64,000 bases of DNA. Origin: Isurus oxyrinchus (taxonomy: Eukaryota). Shown here piece by piece: positions 15,001 to 30,000 of the stretch. The translations under genes were made by a program, and so were the position numbers. The notes under the pieces are model-generated. The model saw only the letters and a program-made list of their open reading frames with translations, did not search any database and was not told the DNA's origin. Numbering within the stretch: the stretch's first letter is position 1; the number at the start of each line of letters is the position of its first letter. Location of the stretch: positions 99,262,001 through 99,326,000 of the forward strand of contig JANJGN010000021.1 in NCBI GenBank assembly GCA_026770705.1. The letters are read 5' to 3'.

Positions 15001-18000
15001 CACTGACCTCTGGTTCACTCTGCTCCATCCATTTCTCAGCACTGACCCCTGGGTAACTCCACTCAGTCCAACTCCCAGCACTGACCACTGGCTCACGCCA
15101 CTCAGTCCATCTCCCAGTACTGATCACTGGGTCACTCCACTCAGCCCATCGCCAAGTACTGACCCCTGGGTCACTACACTCAGCCCATCAGCCAGCACTG
15201 ACCTCTGGGTCGCTCCACTCAGCCCAAATCCCAACATCTGTCCCCAGGATGAACATCTCAGTCCATCTCACAGCACTGTCCCATGGGTCACTCCACTCAG
15301 TCCATCTTGCAGCACTGACCCCTAGGTCACTCCACTCAGTCCATCACCCATCACTGACCCCTGGGTCACAGCGCTCAGTCTATCTCTCAGCATTAACCCT
15401 GGGTGACTCCGCTCAGTCCATCTGTCAGCACCGAGCCCTAGGTCACTCCACCCAGCCCATCGCCCAGCATTAACCCCTGGGTCACTCCACTCAGACCATT
15501 GCCCTACACTGACGCCTGGGTCACTCCACGCAGCCCATCTCCCAGCACTGAACCCGTGGTCACTCCATTCAGCCAATCTCCCAGCAATGACCCCTCAGTC
15601 ACTCCACTTCATCCATCACACAGCACTGACCCCTGGGTCAGTTCACTCAGCCCATCTCCCAGCACTGACCGCTGGCTCACGTGACTCAGTCCATCTCCCA
15701 GCACTGACCACTGGGTCACTCCACTGTGTCCATCTCCCAGCACTGACCCCTGGTTCATGTGACTCAGCCCATCTCCCAGCACTGACACCTGGTTCATGTG
15801 ACTCAATCCATCTCCCAGCACTGATCACTGGGTCACTCCACTCAGTCTATCTCCCAGCACTGACCCCTGGGTCACTCCACTCAGTCCATCTCCCAGCACT
15901 GACACCTGAGTCACTCCACTCAGTCCATCTCCCAGCACTGACCCCTGGGTCACTTCACTCAGTCCATCTCCCAGCACTGACACCTGTGTCACTCCACTCA
16001 GTCCATCTCCCAGCACTGATCCCTGGGTCGCTCCATCCAGCCGAACTCCCAACATCTCATCCCAGCGTGAACCACTCAGTCCATCTCCCAACACTGACCT
16101 CTAGGTCACTCCACTCAGTCCATCCCACAGCACTGACCACTGGGTCACTTCACTCAGTCCATCTACCAACACTGACCGCTGGGTCACTCTACTCAGCCCA
16201 TCGCTCAGCACTGACCCCTGGGTCACTGCGCTCAGTCCAGCTCTCAGCATTGACCCCTGGGTTACTCCACTCAGTCCATGTCTCAGCACTGACCCTCTGG
16301 TCACTCCACTCAGCGCATCTCCCAGCATGACCCGTGGATCACGTGACTCAGTCCATTTCCCTGCACTGACCACTGGGTAACTCTGCTCAGTCCATTTCTC
16401 AGCACCGACCCCTGGGTAACTCCACTCAGTCCATCTCCAAGTACTGACCCCTGGGTCACTCCACTCAGTCCATTACCAAGCACTGACCCCTGGGTCGCTG
16501 CATTCAGCCCAACTCCCAACATCTGACCCCAACGTGAACCTCTCAGCCCATCTCCCAGCACTGACCCCTGGGTCACTCCACTCAGCCCATCTCCCAGCAC
16601 TGACCCCATGGTTACTCCATTTAGACAATCTCCCAGCACTGACCCCTGGGTCAGTCCATTCAGCCAATCACCCAGCAAAGACGTTTGGGTCACTCCACTC
16701 AGCCCATCTCCCAGCACTGATCACTGGCTCACGCCACTCAGTCCATCTCCCAGCACTGACCTCTGGGTCGCTCCACTCAGCCCAAATCCCAACATCTGAC
16801 CCCAGGATGAACATCTCAGTCCATCTCTCAGCACTGTCCCATGGGTCACTCCACTCAGTCCATCTTGCAGCACTGACCCCTAGGTCACTCCACTCAGTCC
16901 ATCACCCATCACTGACCCCTGGGTCACAGCGCTCAGTCTATCTCTCAGCATTAACCCTGGGTGACTCCGCTCAGTCCATCTGTCAGCACCGAGCCCTAGG
17001 TCACACCACCCAGCCCATCGCCCAGCATTAACCCCTGGGTCACTCCACTCAGACCATTGCCCTACACTGACGCCTGGGTCACTCCACTCAGCCCATCTCC
17101 CAGCACTGAACCCGTGGTCACTCCATTCAGCCAATCTCCCAGCAATGACCCCTGGGTCACTCCACTTCATCCATCACACAGCACTGACCCCTGGGTCAGT
17201 TCACTCAGCCCATCTCCCAGCACTGACCGCTGGCTCACGTGACTCAGTCCATCTCCCAGCACTGACCACTGGGTCGCTCCACTGTGTCCATCTCCCAGCA
17301 CTGACCCCTGGTTCATGTGACTCAGCCCATCTCCCAGCACTGACACCTGGTTCATGTGACTCAATCCATCTCCCAGCACTGATCACTGGGTCACTCCACT
17401 CAGTCTATCTCCCAGCACTGACCCCTGGGTCACTCCACTCAGTCCATCTCCCAGCACTGACACCTGAGTCACTCCACTCAGTCCATCTCCCAGCACTGAC
17501 CCCTGGGTCACTTCACTCAGTCCATCTCCCAGCACTGACACCTGTGTCACTCCACTCAGTCCATCTCCCAGCACTGATCCCTGGGTCGCTCCATCCAGCC
17601 GAACTCCCAACATCTCATCCCAGCGTGAACCACTCAGTCCATCTCCCAACACTGACCTCTAGGTCACTCCACTCAGTCCATCCCACAGCACTGACCACTG
17701 GGTCACTTCACTCAGTCCATCTACCAACACTGACCGCTGGGTCACTCTACTCAGCCCATCGCTCAGCACTGACTCCTGGGTCACTGCGCTCAGTCCAGCT
17801 CTCAGCATTGACCCCTGGGTTACTCCACTCAGTCCATGTCTCAGCACTGACCCCTGGGTCACTCCACTCAGCGCATCTCCCAGCATGACCCGTGGATCAC
17901 GTGACTCAGTCCATTTCCCAGCACTGACCACTGGGTAACTCTGCTCAGTCCATTTCTCAGCACCGACCCCTGGGTAACTCCACTCAGTCCATCTTCAAGT

Positions 18001-21000
18001 ACTGACCCCTGGGTCACTCCACTCAGTCCATTACCAAGCACTGACCCCTGGGTCGCTGCATTCAGCCCAACTCCCAACATCTGACCCCAACGTGAACCTC
18101 TCAGCCCATCTCCCAGCACTGACCCCTGGGTCACTCCACTCAGCCCATCTCCCAGCACTGACCCCATGGTTACTCCATTTAGACAATCTCCCAGCACTGA
18201 CCCCTGGGTCAGTCCATTCAGCCAATCACCCAGCAAGGACGTTTGGGTCACTCCACTCAGCCCATCTCCCAGCACTGATCACTGGCTCACGCCACTCAGT
18301 CCATCTCCCAGCACTGACCTCTGGGTCGCTCCACTCAGCCCAACACCCAACACCTGACCCCAGGGTGAACATCTCAGTCCATCTCTCAGCACTGACCCCT
18401 GGGTTATTCCACTCAGCCCATCTCCCAGCACTGATGACTGGCTCACGCCACTCAGTCCAACTCCCAGCACTGACCTCTGGGTCCGCTCCACTCAGCCCAA
18501 CACCCAACACCTGACCCCAGGGTGAACATCTCAGTCCATCTCTCAGCACTGACTCCTGTGTCACCCCACTCAGTCAATTTCCTAGACCTGACGTCTGGGT
18601 CAATCCACTCAGCCCATCTCCCTGCACTGACCCCTGCATCACTGCGCTTGTCCATCTCTCAACATTAACTCTCGGTGACTCCGCTTAGTCCATGTCTCAG
18701 CACTGACCCTGGGGTCACTCCACTCATTCCGTTTCCAAGCACTGACACCTGGATTACTCCACTCAGCCCATCGCCCAGCACTGACCCCTGGGTCACTCCA
18801 CTCAGTTTATCTCTCAGCAGTGACCCCTGGGTCACTCAGCTTGGTCCAACTTCCAACACTGACCCCTGGGTCTCTCCACTCAGCCCATCTCCCAGCACTG
18901 ACCCCTGGGTCACTCCACTCAGTCCATTTCCAAGCATGGATGCCTGGGTTACTCCATTCAGCCCATCACCCAGCACTGATCCCTGGGTCACTCCACTCAG
19001 CCCATCCTCCAGCACTGACCCCTGGGTCACTCCACTCAGTCCATTTCCAAGCACGGACGCCTGGGTTACTCCATTCAGCCCATCTGCCAGCACTGACCAC
19101 TGGGTCAATCCACTCAGCTCATCTCCCTGCACTGACCCCTGGGTCACTTTGCTCAGTCCATTTCCCAGCACTGAACCCTGGGTCTCTCCACTCAGTCCAT
19201 CTCCCAGCACTGACCCCTGGGTCCGTCCATTCAGCCCAACTCCCTACATGTGATTCCAGCGTGAACCTCTCAGTCCATCTCCCAACACTGACCTTTAGGT
19301 CACTCCACTCAGTCCATCGCCCAGCACTAACCCCTGGGTCACTCCGCGCTGTCCATCTCTCAGCACTGACCCCTGGGTCTCTCCACTCATTCCATCTCCC
19401 AGCACTGATGCCTGGGTCAGTCCTCTTAGTCCATTTCTCAGCACTGACCCCTGGGTCTCTCCACTCATTCCATCTCCCAGCACTGAAGCCTGGGTCACTC
19501 CACTCAGCCCATCTCCCAGCACTGACCCCATGGCCACTCCATTCAGCCAATCTCCCAGCACTGATGCCTGGGTCAGTCCATTCAGCCAATCTCCCAGCAC
19601 TGACCCCTGGGTCTGTTCACTCAGCCCATCTCCCAGCACTGACCCCTGGCTCACGTGACTCAGTCCATCTCCAGGCACTGACCACTGGGTCGCTCCACGG
19701 TGTCCATCTCCCAGCACTGACCCCTGGTTCATGTGACTCAGCCCATCTCCCAGCACTGACCCCGGTTCATGTGACTCAATCCATCTCCCAGCACTGATCA
19801 CTGGGTCACTCCACTCAGTCCATCTGCCAGCACTGATGCCTGGGTTACTCCATTCAGTTCATCTACCAGCACTGACCCTTGGGTCACTCCGCTCAGCCCA
19901 TTTCTCTGCACTGACCCCTGGGACACTCCACTCAGTCCATTTCTCAGCACTGACCCCTGGGACACTCCATTCAGCCCAACTCCCAACATCTGAGCCAGCG
20001 TGAAGCTCTCAGTCCATCTCCCAGCACTGACCTCTAGGTCAGTCCACTCAGTCCATCTCCCAGGACTGACCCCTGGGTCTCTCCACTCAGTCCATCTCCC
20101 AGCACTGACCCCGGGTCACTCCACTCAGCCCATCTCCCAGCACTGACCCCGGGTCACTCCACTCAGTCCATTTCCAAAAACTGACTCCTGGAACACTCCA
20201 CTCATTCCATTTCTCAGCACTGACGCCTGGGTTGGTCCATTCAGCCCATCTCCCAACATCTGACCCCAGCGTGAATCTCTCAGTCCATTGCCCAGCACTG
20301 AACTCTAGGTCACTCCACTCAGTCCATCGCACAGCTCTAACCCCAGGGTCACTCCGCTGTGTCCATCGCCCAGCACTGACCACTGGGTCGCTCCACTCAG
20401 TCCATCTCCCAGCACTGAACCCTGGGTTTCTCCACTCAGTCCATCTCCCAGCACTGACCCCTGGGTTACTCCACTCAGTCCATCTCCCAGCATTGACACC
20501 TGGGTCACTCCACTCAGTCCATCTCCCAGCACTGATCCCTGGGTCGCTCCATCCAGCCGAACTCCCAACATCTCATCCCAGCGTGAACCACTCAGTCCAT
20601 CTCCCAACACTGACCTCTAGGTCACTCCACTCAGTCCATCCCACAGCACTGACCACTGGGTCACTTCACTCAGTCCATCTACCAATACTGACCTCGAGGT
20701 CACTCCACTCAGTCCATCTCCCAGCACTGACCCCTGGGTCATTGCGCTGAGTCCACCTCTCAACATTATTCCACTGTGACTCCGCACTAGTCCATGTCTC
20801 AGCACTGACCACTGGGTCACTCTACTCTGCCCATCGCTCAGCAATGACCCCTGGGTCACTCCGCTCAGTCCAGCTCTCAGCATTGACCCCTGGGTCACTC
20901 CACTCAGTCCATGTCTCAGCACTGACCCCTGGGTCACTCCACTCAGCGCATCTCCCAGCATGACCCCTGGCTCACGTGACTCAGTCCATCTCCCAGTACT

Positions 21001-24000
21001 GATCACTGGGTCACTTGGCTCAGTCCATTTCTCAGCGCCGACCCCTGGGTAACTCCAATCAGTCCATCTCCAAGCACTGACCCCTGGGTCTCTCCACTCA
21101 GTCCATTACCAAGCACTGATGCCTGGGTCACTCCACTCAGTCCATTACCAAGCACTGACCCCTGGGTCGCTGCATTCAGCCCAACTCCCAACATCTGAAC
21201 CCCGCGTGAACCTCTCAGTCCATCTACCAACACTGACCTCGAGGTCACTCCACTCAGTCCATCCCACAGCACTGACCACTGGGTCACTTCACTCAGTCCA
21301 TCTACCAACACTGACCTCGAGGTCACTCCACTCAGTCCATTTCCCAGCACTGACCCCTGGGTCATTGCGCTGAGTCCATCTCTCAACATTATTCCACTGT
21401 GACTCCGCACTAGTCCATGTCTCAGCACTGACCGCTGGGTCACTCTACTCTGCCCATCGCTCAGCAATGACCCTGGGTCACTCCGCTCAGTCCAGCTCTC
21501 AGCATTGACCCCTGGGTCACTCCACTCAGTCCATGTCCCAGCACTGACCCCTGGGTCACTCCACTCAGCGCATCTCCCACCATGACCCCTGGCTCACGTG
21601 ACTCAGTCCATCTCCCAGTACTGATCACTGGGTCACTTGGCTCAGTCCATTTCTCAGCGCCGACCCCTGGGTAACTCCACTCAGTCCATCTCCAAGCACT
21701 GACCCCTGGGTCTCTCCACTCAGTCCATTACCAAGCACTGATGTCTGGGTCACTCCACTCAGTCCATTACCAAGCACTGACCCCTGGGTCGCTGCATTCA
21801 GCCCAACTCCCAACATCTGAACCCTGCGTGAACCTCTCAGTCCATCTACCAACACTGACCTCGAGGTCACTCCACTCAGCCCATCGCCCAGCAAGAACCC
21901 TCGGTCACTCCACTCAGTCTATCACGCAGCACGGACCCCTGGGTCACTCCACTCTGCCCATCAATGACGCCTGGGTCACTCCACTCAGTCCATCTCCCAG
22001 CACTGACCACTGTGTCGCTCCACTCTGTCCATCTGTCAGCACTAACCCCTGGGTCATTCCACTCAGTCCATCTCCCAGCACTGACCCCTGGGTCACTCCA
22101 CTCAGTCCATCTACCAGCTCTGACCCCTGGGACACTCCACTCAGTCCATCTCCCAGCACTAACCTCTGGGTCATTCCGCTCAGCGCATCTCCCAGCACTG
22201 ACCCCTGGGGACACTGCGTTCAGTCCATCTCCCAGCACTGACACCTGAGTCACTCCACTAAGTCGATTTCCCAGCACTGACCCTTGGGTCACTGCACTCA
22301 TTGCATCTCCCAGCACTGTCCCTGGGTCACTCTGCTCAGTCTGTCTCTCAGGACTGACCTCCGGGTCACTCCACTCAAAGCATGTCCCAGCACTGACCTC
22401 TGGGTCACTGCGTTCAGTCCATCTCTCAGCACTGACCCCTGTGTAACGCCACTCAGTCCATTTCCCAGCACTGATGACTGGGTCACTCCACTCAGCCCAT
22501 CTCCTGCACTGACCCCTTGGCTACTCCACTCAGCCCATCTCCTACTACTGACCTCTGTGTCGCTCCACTCCGTCAATCTAACAGCACTGACCCCTAGGTT
22601 ACTCCACTCAGTCCAGCACCCATTACTGACCCCTGGGTCACAGCGCTCAGTCCATCTCTCAGAACTGACCCCTGGAATAACCCGCCCAGTCCACCTCTCA
22701 GCAGTGAGCCCTGGGTCACTCACCTCCAGTACTGACCACTGGGTCACTCTGCTCAGTCCATCTCTCAGCACTGACTTATGGATCACTCCGCTCAGTCCAT
22801 CTCCCAGCACTGACCCCTAGGTCACTCTCCTCAGTCCATCTCCCAGCACTGACCACTGGGTCACTCCGCTCAGTCCATCTCCCAGCACTGACCACTGGGT
22901 CGCTGCGCTCAGCCCATCTCCCAGCACTTACCCCTGGGTCACTGCGCTCAGTCCATCTCCCAGCACTGACCACTGGGTCAATCCACTCAGCCCATCTCCC
23001 AGCACAGACCACTGGGTCACTGTGCTCAATCCATCTCCCAGCACTGACCACTGGGTCAATCCACTCAGCCCATCTCCCAGCACAGACCACTGGGTTACTG
23101 TGCTCAGTCCATCTCCCAGCACTGACCCCTGGGTCACTCCACTCAATCCATCTCCCAGCACTGACCCCTGAGTCACTCCACTCAGCCCATCTCCCAGCAC
23201 TGACCCCTGAGTCACTCCACTCAGCCCATCTCCCAATACTGAAACCTGGGACACTCCACTCAGTCCATCACCCAGCACTGACCCCTGGGTCAGTCCACTC
23301 AGTCCATCACCCAGCACTGACCCCTGGGTAATTCCACTCAGTCCATTTCTCAGCACTGACCCCTGGGTCACTCCACTCAGTCCATCTGCCAGCACTGACC
23401 CCTGCCACTCTTCAATCAGTCCGTCTGCCAGTGCTGACCCATTGGTCACTCCACTCAATCCATCTCCCAGCACAGACCCTGGGTCACTACACTCAGTCCA
23501 TCTCCCAGCACAGACTCCTGGGTCACTCCGCTCAGTCCATCTCCCAACATCAACCTGTGCGTCACTCCACTCAGCCCATCTCCCAGCACAGACCACTGTG
23601 TCACTGTGCTCAGTCCATCTCCCAGCACAGACCCCTGGGTCACTGCGCTCAGTCCATCTCCCAGCACTGACCACTGGATCAATCCACTCAGCCCATCTCC
23701 CAGCACAGACCGTTGGGTCACTGTGCTTAGTCCATCTCCCAGCACTGACCCCAACTCCCAACATCTGATCCCAGCGTGAACCTCTCAGTCCATCTCCCAA
23801 CACAAACCTCCAGGTCACTCTATTCAGTCCATTTCCAAGCACTAACCCCGGGACACTCCGCTCAGTCCATCTCTCAGCTCTGACCCGTGGGTCATTCCAC
23901 TCAGCCCATCACCCAGTAATGACGCCTGGGTCACTCCACTCAGCCCAAATCCCAACATCTGATCCCAGGTGAACATCTCAGTCCATCTCTCAGCACTGAC

Positions 24001-27000
24001 CCCTGGGTCACTCCACTCAGTCCATCTCCCAGCACTGATCACTGGGTCACTGCGCTCAGTCCATCTCCCAGCGCTGAACCCTGGATCACTCCACTCAGTC
24101 CATCTCCCAGCACAGACCGTTGGTTCACTGTGCTCAGTCCATCTCCCAGCACTGACCCCTGTGTCGCTCCATTCAGCCCAACTCCCAACATCTGATCCCA
24201 GCGTGAACCTCTCAGTCCATATCCCAACACTAACCTCCAGGTCACTCTACTCAGTCCATTTCCAAGCACTAACTCCGGGACACTCCGCTCAGTCCATCTC
24301 TCAGCTCTGACCCGTTGGTCATTCCACTCAGCCCATCACCCAGCAATGACACCTGGGTCACAGCACTCAGTCAATCTCCCAGCACTGACCCCTGGGTCAC
24401 TCCGCTCAGCCCAAATCCCAACATCTGATCCCAGGTGAACATCTCAGTCCATTTCTCAGCACTGACCCCTGGGTCACTCCACTCAGTCCATCTCCCAGCA
24501 CTGATCACTGGGTCACTGCGCTCAGTCCATCTCCCAGCGCTGAACCCTGGATCACTCCACTCAGTCCATGTCTCAGCACGACCTCTTGGTCACTCCACTC
24601 ATTTCATCTCCCAGCGCTGAACCCTGGATCACTCCACTCAGTCCATTTCCCAGCACTGACACCTGGGTCACTCCACTCGGCCCATCGCCCAGCACTGACC
24701 ACTGGGTCACTCCACTCAGTCTATCTCTAAGCGGTGACCCCTGGGTCACTCCACTCAGTCCATTTCCCAGCACGGACTGCTGGGTCACTCCATGTAGTCC
24801 ATCTCCCAGCACTGACCGGTGTGTCGTTCCATCCAGCCGAACTCCCAACATCTGATCCCAGCATGAACCTCTCAGTCCATCTCCCAACACTGACCTCTAG
24901 ATCACTCCACTCAGTCTATTCCCCAGCACTGACCCCTGGGTCACTCCGCTCAGTCCATCTCTCTGCACTGACCACAGGGTCATTCCACTCAGTCCATCTC
25001 CCAGCCCTGATCCCTGGACCACTCCGCTCAGTCCATCTCCACGCACCGTCCCTGGGTCACTCTGCTCCGTCTGTCTCTCAGGACTAACCCCTGTGTCACT
25101 CCACTCAGCCCATCTCCCAGCACTGACCCCTGAGTCACTCCACTCAGCCCATCTCCCAATACTGAAACCTGGGACACTCCACTCAGTCCATCACCCAGCA
25201 CTGACCCCTGGGTAATTCCACTCAGTCCATTTCTCAGCACTGACCCCTGGGTCACTCCACTCAGTCCATCTGCCAGCACTGACCCCTGCCACTCTTCATT
25301 CAGTCCGTATGCCAGTGCTGACCCATTGGTCACTCCACTCAATCCATCTCCCAGCACAGACCCTGGGTCACTACACTCAGTCCATCTCCCAGCACAGACT
25401 CCTGGGTCACTCCGCTCAGTCCATCTCCCAGCACTGACCACTGGATCAATCCACTCAGCCCATCTCCCAGCACAGACCGTTGGGTCACTGTGCTTAGTCC
25501 ATCTCCCAGCACTGACCCCAACTCCCAACATCTGATCCCAGCGTGAACCTCTCAGTCCATCTCCCAACACAAACCTCCAGGTCACTCTATTCAGTCCATT
25601 TCCAAGCACTAACCCTGGGACACTCCGCTCAGTCCATCTCTCAGCTCTGACCCGTGGGTCATTCCACTCAGCCCATCACCCAGCAATGACGCCTGGGTCA
25701 CTCCACTCAGCCCAAATCCCAACATCTGATCCCAGGTGAACATCTCAGTCCATCTCTCAGCACTGACCCCTGGGTCACTCCACTCAGTCCATCTCCCAGC
25801 ACTGATCACTGGGTCACTGCGCTCAGTCCATCTCCCAGCGCTGAACCCTGGATCACTCCACTCAGTCCATCTCCCAGCACAGACCGTTGGGTCACTGTGC
25901 TCAGTCCATCTCCCAGCACTGACCCCTGTGTCGCTCCATTCAGCCCAACTCCCAACATCTGATCCCAGCGTGAACCTCTCAGTCCATATCCCAACACTAA
26001 CCTCCAGGTCACTCTACTCAGTCCATTTCCAAGCACTAACCCCGGGACACTCCGCTCAGTCCATCTCTCAGCTCTGACCCGTTGGTCATTCCACTCAGCC
26101 CATCACCCAGCAATGACACCTGGGTCACAGCACTCAGTCAATCTCCCAGCACTGACCCCTGGGTCACTCCGCTCAGCCCAAATCCCAACATCTGATCCCA
26201 GGTGAACATCTCAGTCCATTTCTCAGCACTGACCCCTGGGTCACTCCACTCAGTCCATCTCCCAGCACTGATCACTGGGTCACTGCGCTCAGTCCATCTC
26301 CCAGCGCTGAACCCTGGATCACTCCACTCACTCCATGTCTCAGCACGACCTCTTGGTCACTCCACTCATTTCATCTCCCAGCGCTGAACCCTGGATCACT
26401 CCACTCAGTCCATTTCCCAGCACTGACACCTGGGTCACTCCACTCGGCCCATCGCCCAGCACTGACCACTGGGTCACTCCACTCAGTCTATCTCTAAGCG
26501 GTGACCCCTGGGTCACTCCACTCAGTCCATTTCCCAGCACGGACTGCTGGGTCACTCCATGTAGTCCATCTCCCAGCACTGACCGGTGTGTCGTTCCATC
26601 CAGCCGAACTCCCAACATCTGATCCCAGCATGAACCTCTCAGTCCATCTCCCAACACTGACCTCTAGATCACTCCACTCAGTCTATTCCCCAGCACTGAC
26701 CCCTGGGTCACTCCGCTCAGTCCATCTCTCTGCACTGACCACAGGGTCATTCCACTCAGTCCATCTCCCAGCCCTGATCCCTGGACCACTCCGCTCAGTC
26801 CATCTCCACGCACCGTCCCTGGGTCACTCTGCTCCGTCTGTCTCTCAGGACTAACCCCTGTGTCACTCCACTCAGCCAATCGCCCAGCATTAATCCCTGG
26901 GTTACTCCACACAGACCATTGCCCTACACTGACGCCTGGGTCACTCCACTCAGCCAATCTCCCAGCTCTGACCCCTGGATCATGCCACTCAGTCCATTTC

Positions 27001-30000
27001 CCAGCACGGACGCCTGGGTTACTTCTTTCAGCCCATCTGCCAGCACTGACCACTGGGTCAATCCACTCAGTCTATCTCTCAGCAGTGACCCCTGGGTCAC
27101 TCAGCTCGGTCCAACTTCCAGCACTGACCCCTGGGTCACTCCACTCAGCCCATCTCCCAGCACTGACCCCTGGGTCACTCCACTCAGTCCATTTCCAAGC
27201 ACGGATGCCTGGGTTACTCCATTCAGCCCATCACCCAGCACTGACCCCTGGGTCACTCCACTCAGCCCATCTTCCAGCACTGACCCGTGAGTCACTCCAC
27301 TCAGTCCATTTCCAAGCACGGACGCCTGGGTTACTCCATTCAGCCCATCTGCCAGCACTGACCACTGGGTCAATCCACTCAGCCCATCTCCCAGCACTGA
27401 CCCCTGGGTCACTTTGCTCAGTCCATTTCCCAGCACTGAACCCTGGGTCTCTCCACTCAGTCCATCTCCCAGCACTGACCCCTGGGTCCGTCCATTCAGC
27501 CCAACTCCCTACATGTGATTCCAGCGTGAACCTCTCAGTCCATCTCCCAACACTGACCTTTAGGTCACTCCACTCAGTCCATCGCCCAGCATTAACACCT
27601 TGGTCACTCCACTCAGTCCATCTCCTAGCACTGACCCCTGGGTCACTTCACTCAGTCAATTTCCTAGCGCTGACATCTGGGTCACTCCACACAGCATATC
27701 TCCCAGCACTGACCACTGTGTTAGAGCACTCTGTCCATCTCTCAGCATTAACCCTGAGTGGCACCGCTCAGTCCATGTCTCAGCACTGACCCCTGGAACA
27801 ATCTGCTCAATCCATCTCTCGGCGATGAACCCTGGGTCACTCAGCTCAGTCCAACTTCCAGCACTGACCCCTGGGTCACTCCACTCAGTCCATCTCTCAA
27901 CATTAACCCTCGGTGACTTCGCTCAGTCCATGTCTCAGCACTGACCCCTGGGTCACTCCACTCAACCCATCGTCCAGCACTGACCCCTGGGTCACTGTAC
28001 TCAGTCCATTTCCCAGCACTGACGCCTGGGTCACTCCACTCAGCCCATCACCCAGCACTGACCTCTGGGTCACTCCACTCAGTCCATTTCCCAGCACTGA
28101 CCCCTGGGTCACTCCACTCAGTCCATTTCCCAGCATTGACGCCAGGGTCACTCCACTCAGTCCATCTCCCAGCACTGACCCCTGGGTCGCTCCATTCAGC
28201 CCAACTCCCAACATCTGATCCTAGCATGAACCTCTGAATCCATCTCCCAACACTGACCTCCAGGTCACTCCACTCAGTCCATCACCCAGCACTAACCCCT
28301 GGGTCACTCCACTCAGTCCATTTCTCAGCACTGATACCTGGGATACTCCACTCAGCCCATCTCCCAGCACTGACACCTCGGATACTCCACTCAGTCCATC
28401 TCCCAGTACTGATCACTGGCTCACTTCACTCAGCCCATCGCCAAGCACTGACACCTGGGTCACTACACTCAGCCCAGCAGCCAGCACTGACCCCTGGGTC
28501 ACTCCACTCAGCCCATCAGCCAGCACTGACCTCTGGGTCGCTCCACTCAGCCTAACTCCCAACATCTGACCCCAGGATGAACATCTCAGTCCATCTCTCA
28601 GCTCTGACCCCTGGGTCACTCCACTCAGTCCATCTCCCAGCACTGACCCCTGGGTCACTTCACTCAGTCAATTTCCTAGCGCTGACGTCTGGGTCACTCC
28701 ACACAGCCTATCTCCCAGCACTGACCACTGGGTTAGGACACTCAGTCCATCTCTCAGCATTAACCCTCGGTGACACCGCTCAGTCCATGTCTCAGCACTG
28801 ACCCCTGGAACAATCTGCTCAGTCCATCTCTCAGCGCTGAACCCTGGGTCACTCAGCTCGGTCCAACTTCCAGCACTGACCCCTGGGTCACTCCACTCAG
28901 TCCATCTCTCAACATTAACCCTCGGTGACTTCGCTCACTCCATGTCTCAGCACTGACCCCTGGGTCACTTCACTCAGCCCATCGTCCAGCGCTGACCCCT
29001 GGGTTACTCCACTCAGTCTATTTCCCAGCACTGACACCTGGGTCACTCCATTTAGCCCAACTCCCAACATCTGATCCTAGCGTGAACCTCTGAGTCCATC
29101 TCCCAACACTGACCTCCAGGTTACTCCACTCAGTCCATCACCCAGCACTAACCCATAGGTCACTCCACTCAGTCCATCTCTCTGCACTGACCACAGGGTC
29201 ATTCCACTCAGTCCATCTCCCAGCACTGACCACAGGGTCATTCCACTCAGTCCATCACCCAGCACTAACCTCTGGGTCACTCCGCTCAGTCCATCTCTCA
29301 GCACTGATGCCAGGGACACGCCACTCAGCCCATCGTCCAGCATTAACACCTGGGTCACTCCACTCAGACCATTGCCCTACACTGACGCCTGGGTCAGTCC
29401 ACTCAGCCAATCTCCCAGCACTGACTTCATGGTCACTCCATTCAGCCAATCTCCCAGCAATGACCCCTCAGTCACACCACTTCATCCATCACACAGCACT
29501 GACCCCTGGGTCAGTTCACTCAGCTCTTCTCCCAGCACTGATCCCATGGTCACTCCATTCAGCCAATCTCCCAGCACTGAAACCTCGGTCACTCCACTCA
29601 GTCCATCACACAGCACGGACCCCTGGGTCACTCCACTCAGCCCATCACCCAGCAGTGACGCCTGGGTCACTCCACTCAGTCCATTCCCAGCACTGACCAC
29701 TGGGTCGCTCCACTCAGTCCATCTTCCAGCACTAACCCATGGTTCATGCCACTCAGTCCATCTCCAGGCACTGACCACTGGGCCACTCTACTCAGCCCAT
29801 CAGCCAGCACAGACCTCTGGGTCACTCCTCTCAACCCAAGTCCCAACATCTGACCCCAGGGGGAACATCTCAGTCCATGTCTCAGCACTGACCCCTGGGT
29901 CACTCCACGCAGTTCATGTCCCAGCACTGAACCCTGGGTCACTCCACTCAGTCCATTTCCCTGCACTGACGCCTGGGCCACTCCACTTAGCCCATCTCCC

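Noticed and set aside
190-25900. CACTGTG (RSS heptamer complement) in some 39-mer variants
   Set aside because: No nonamer at 12 or 23 bp and no V, D or J segments; it arises from two or three substitutions in the monomer.
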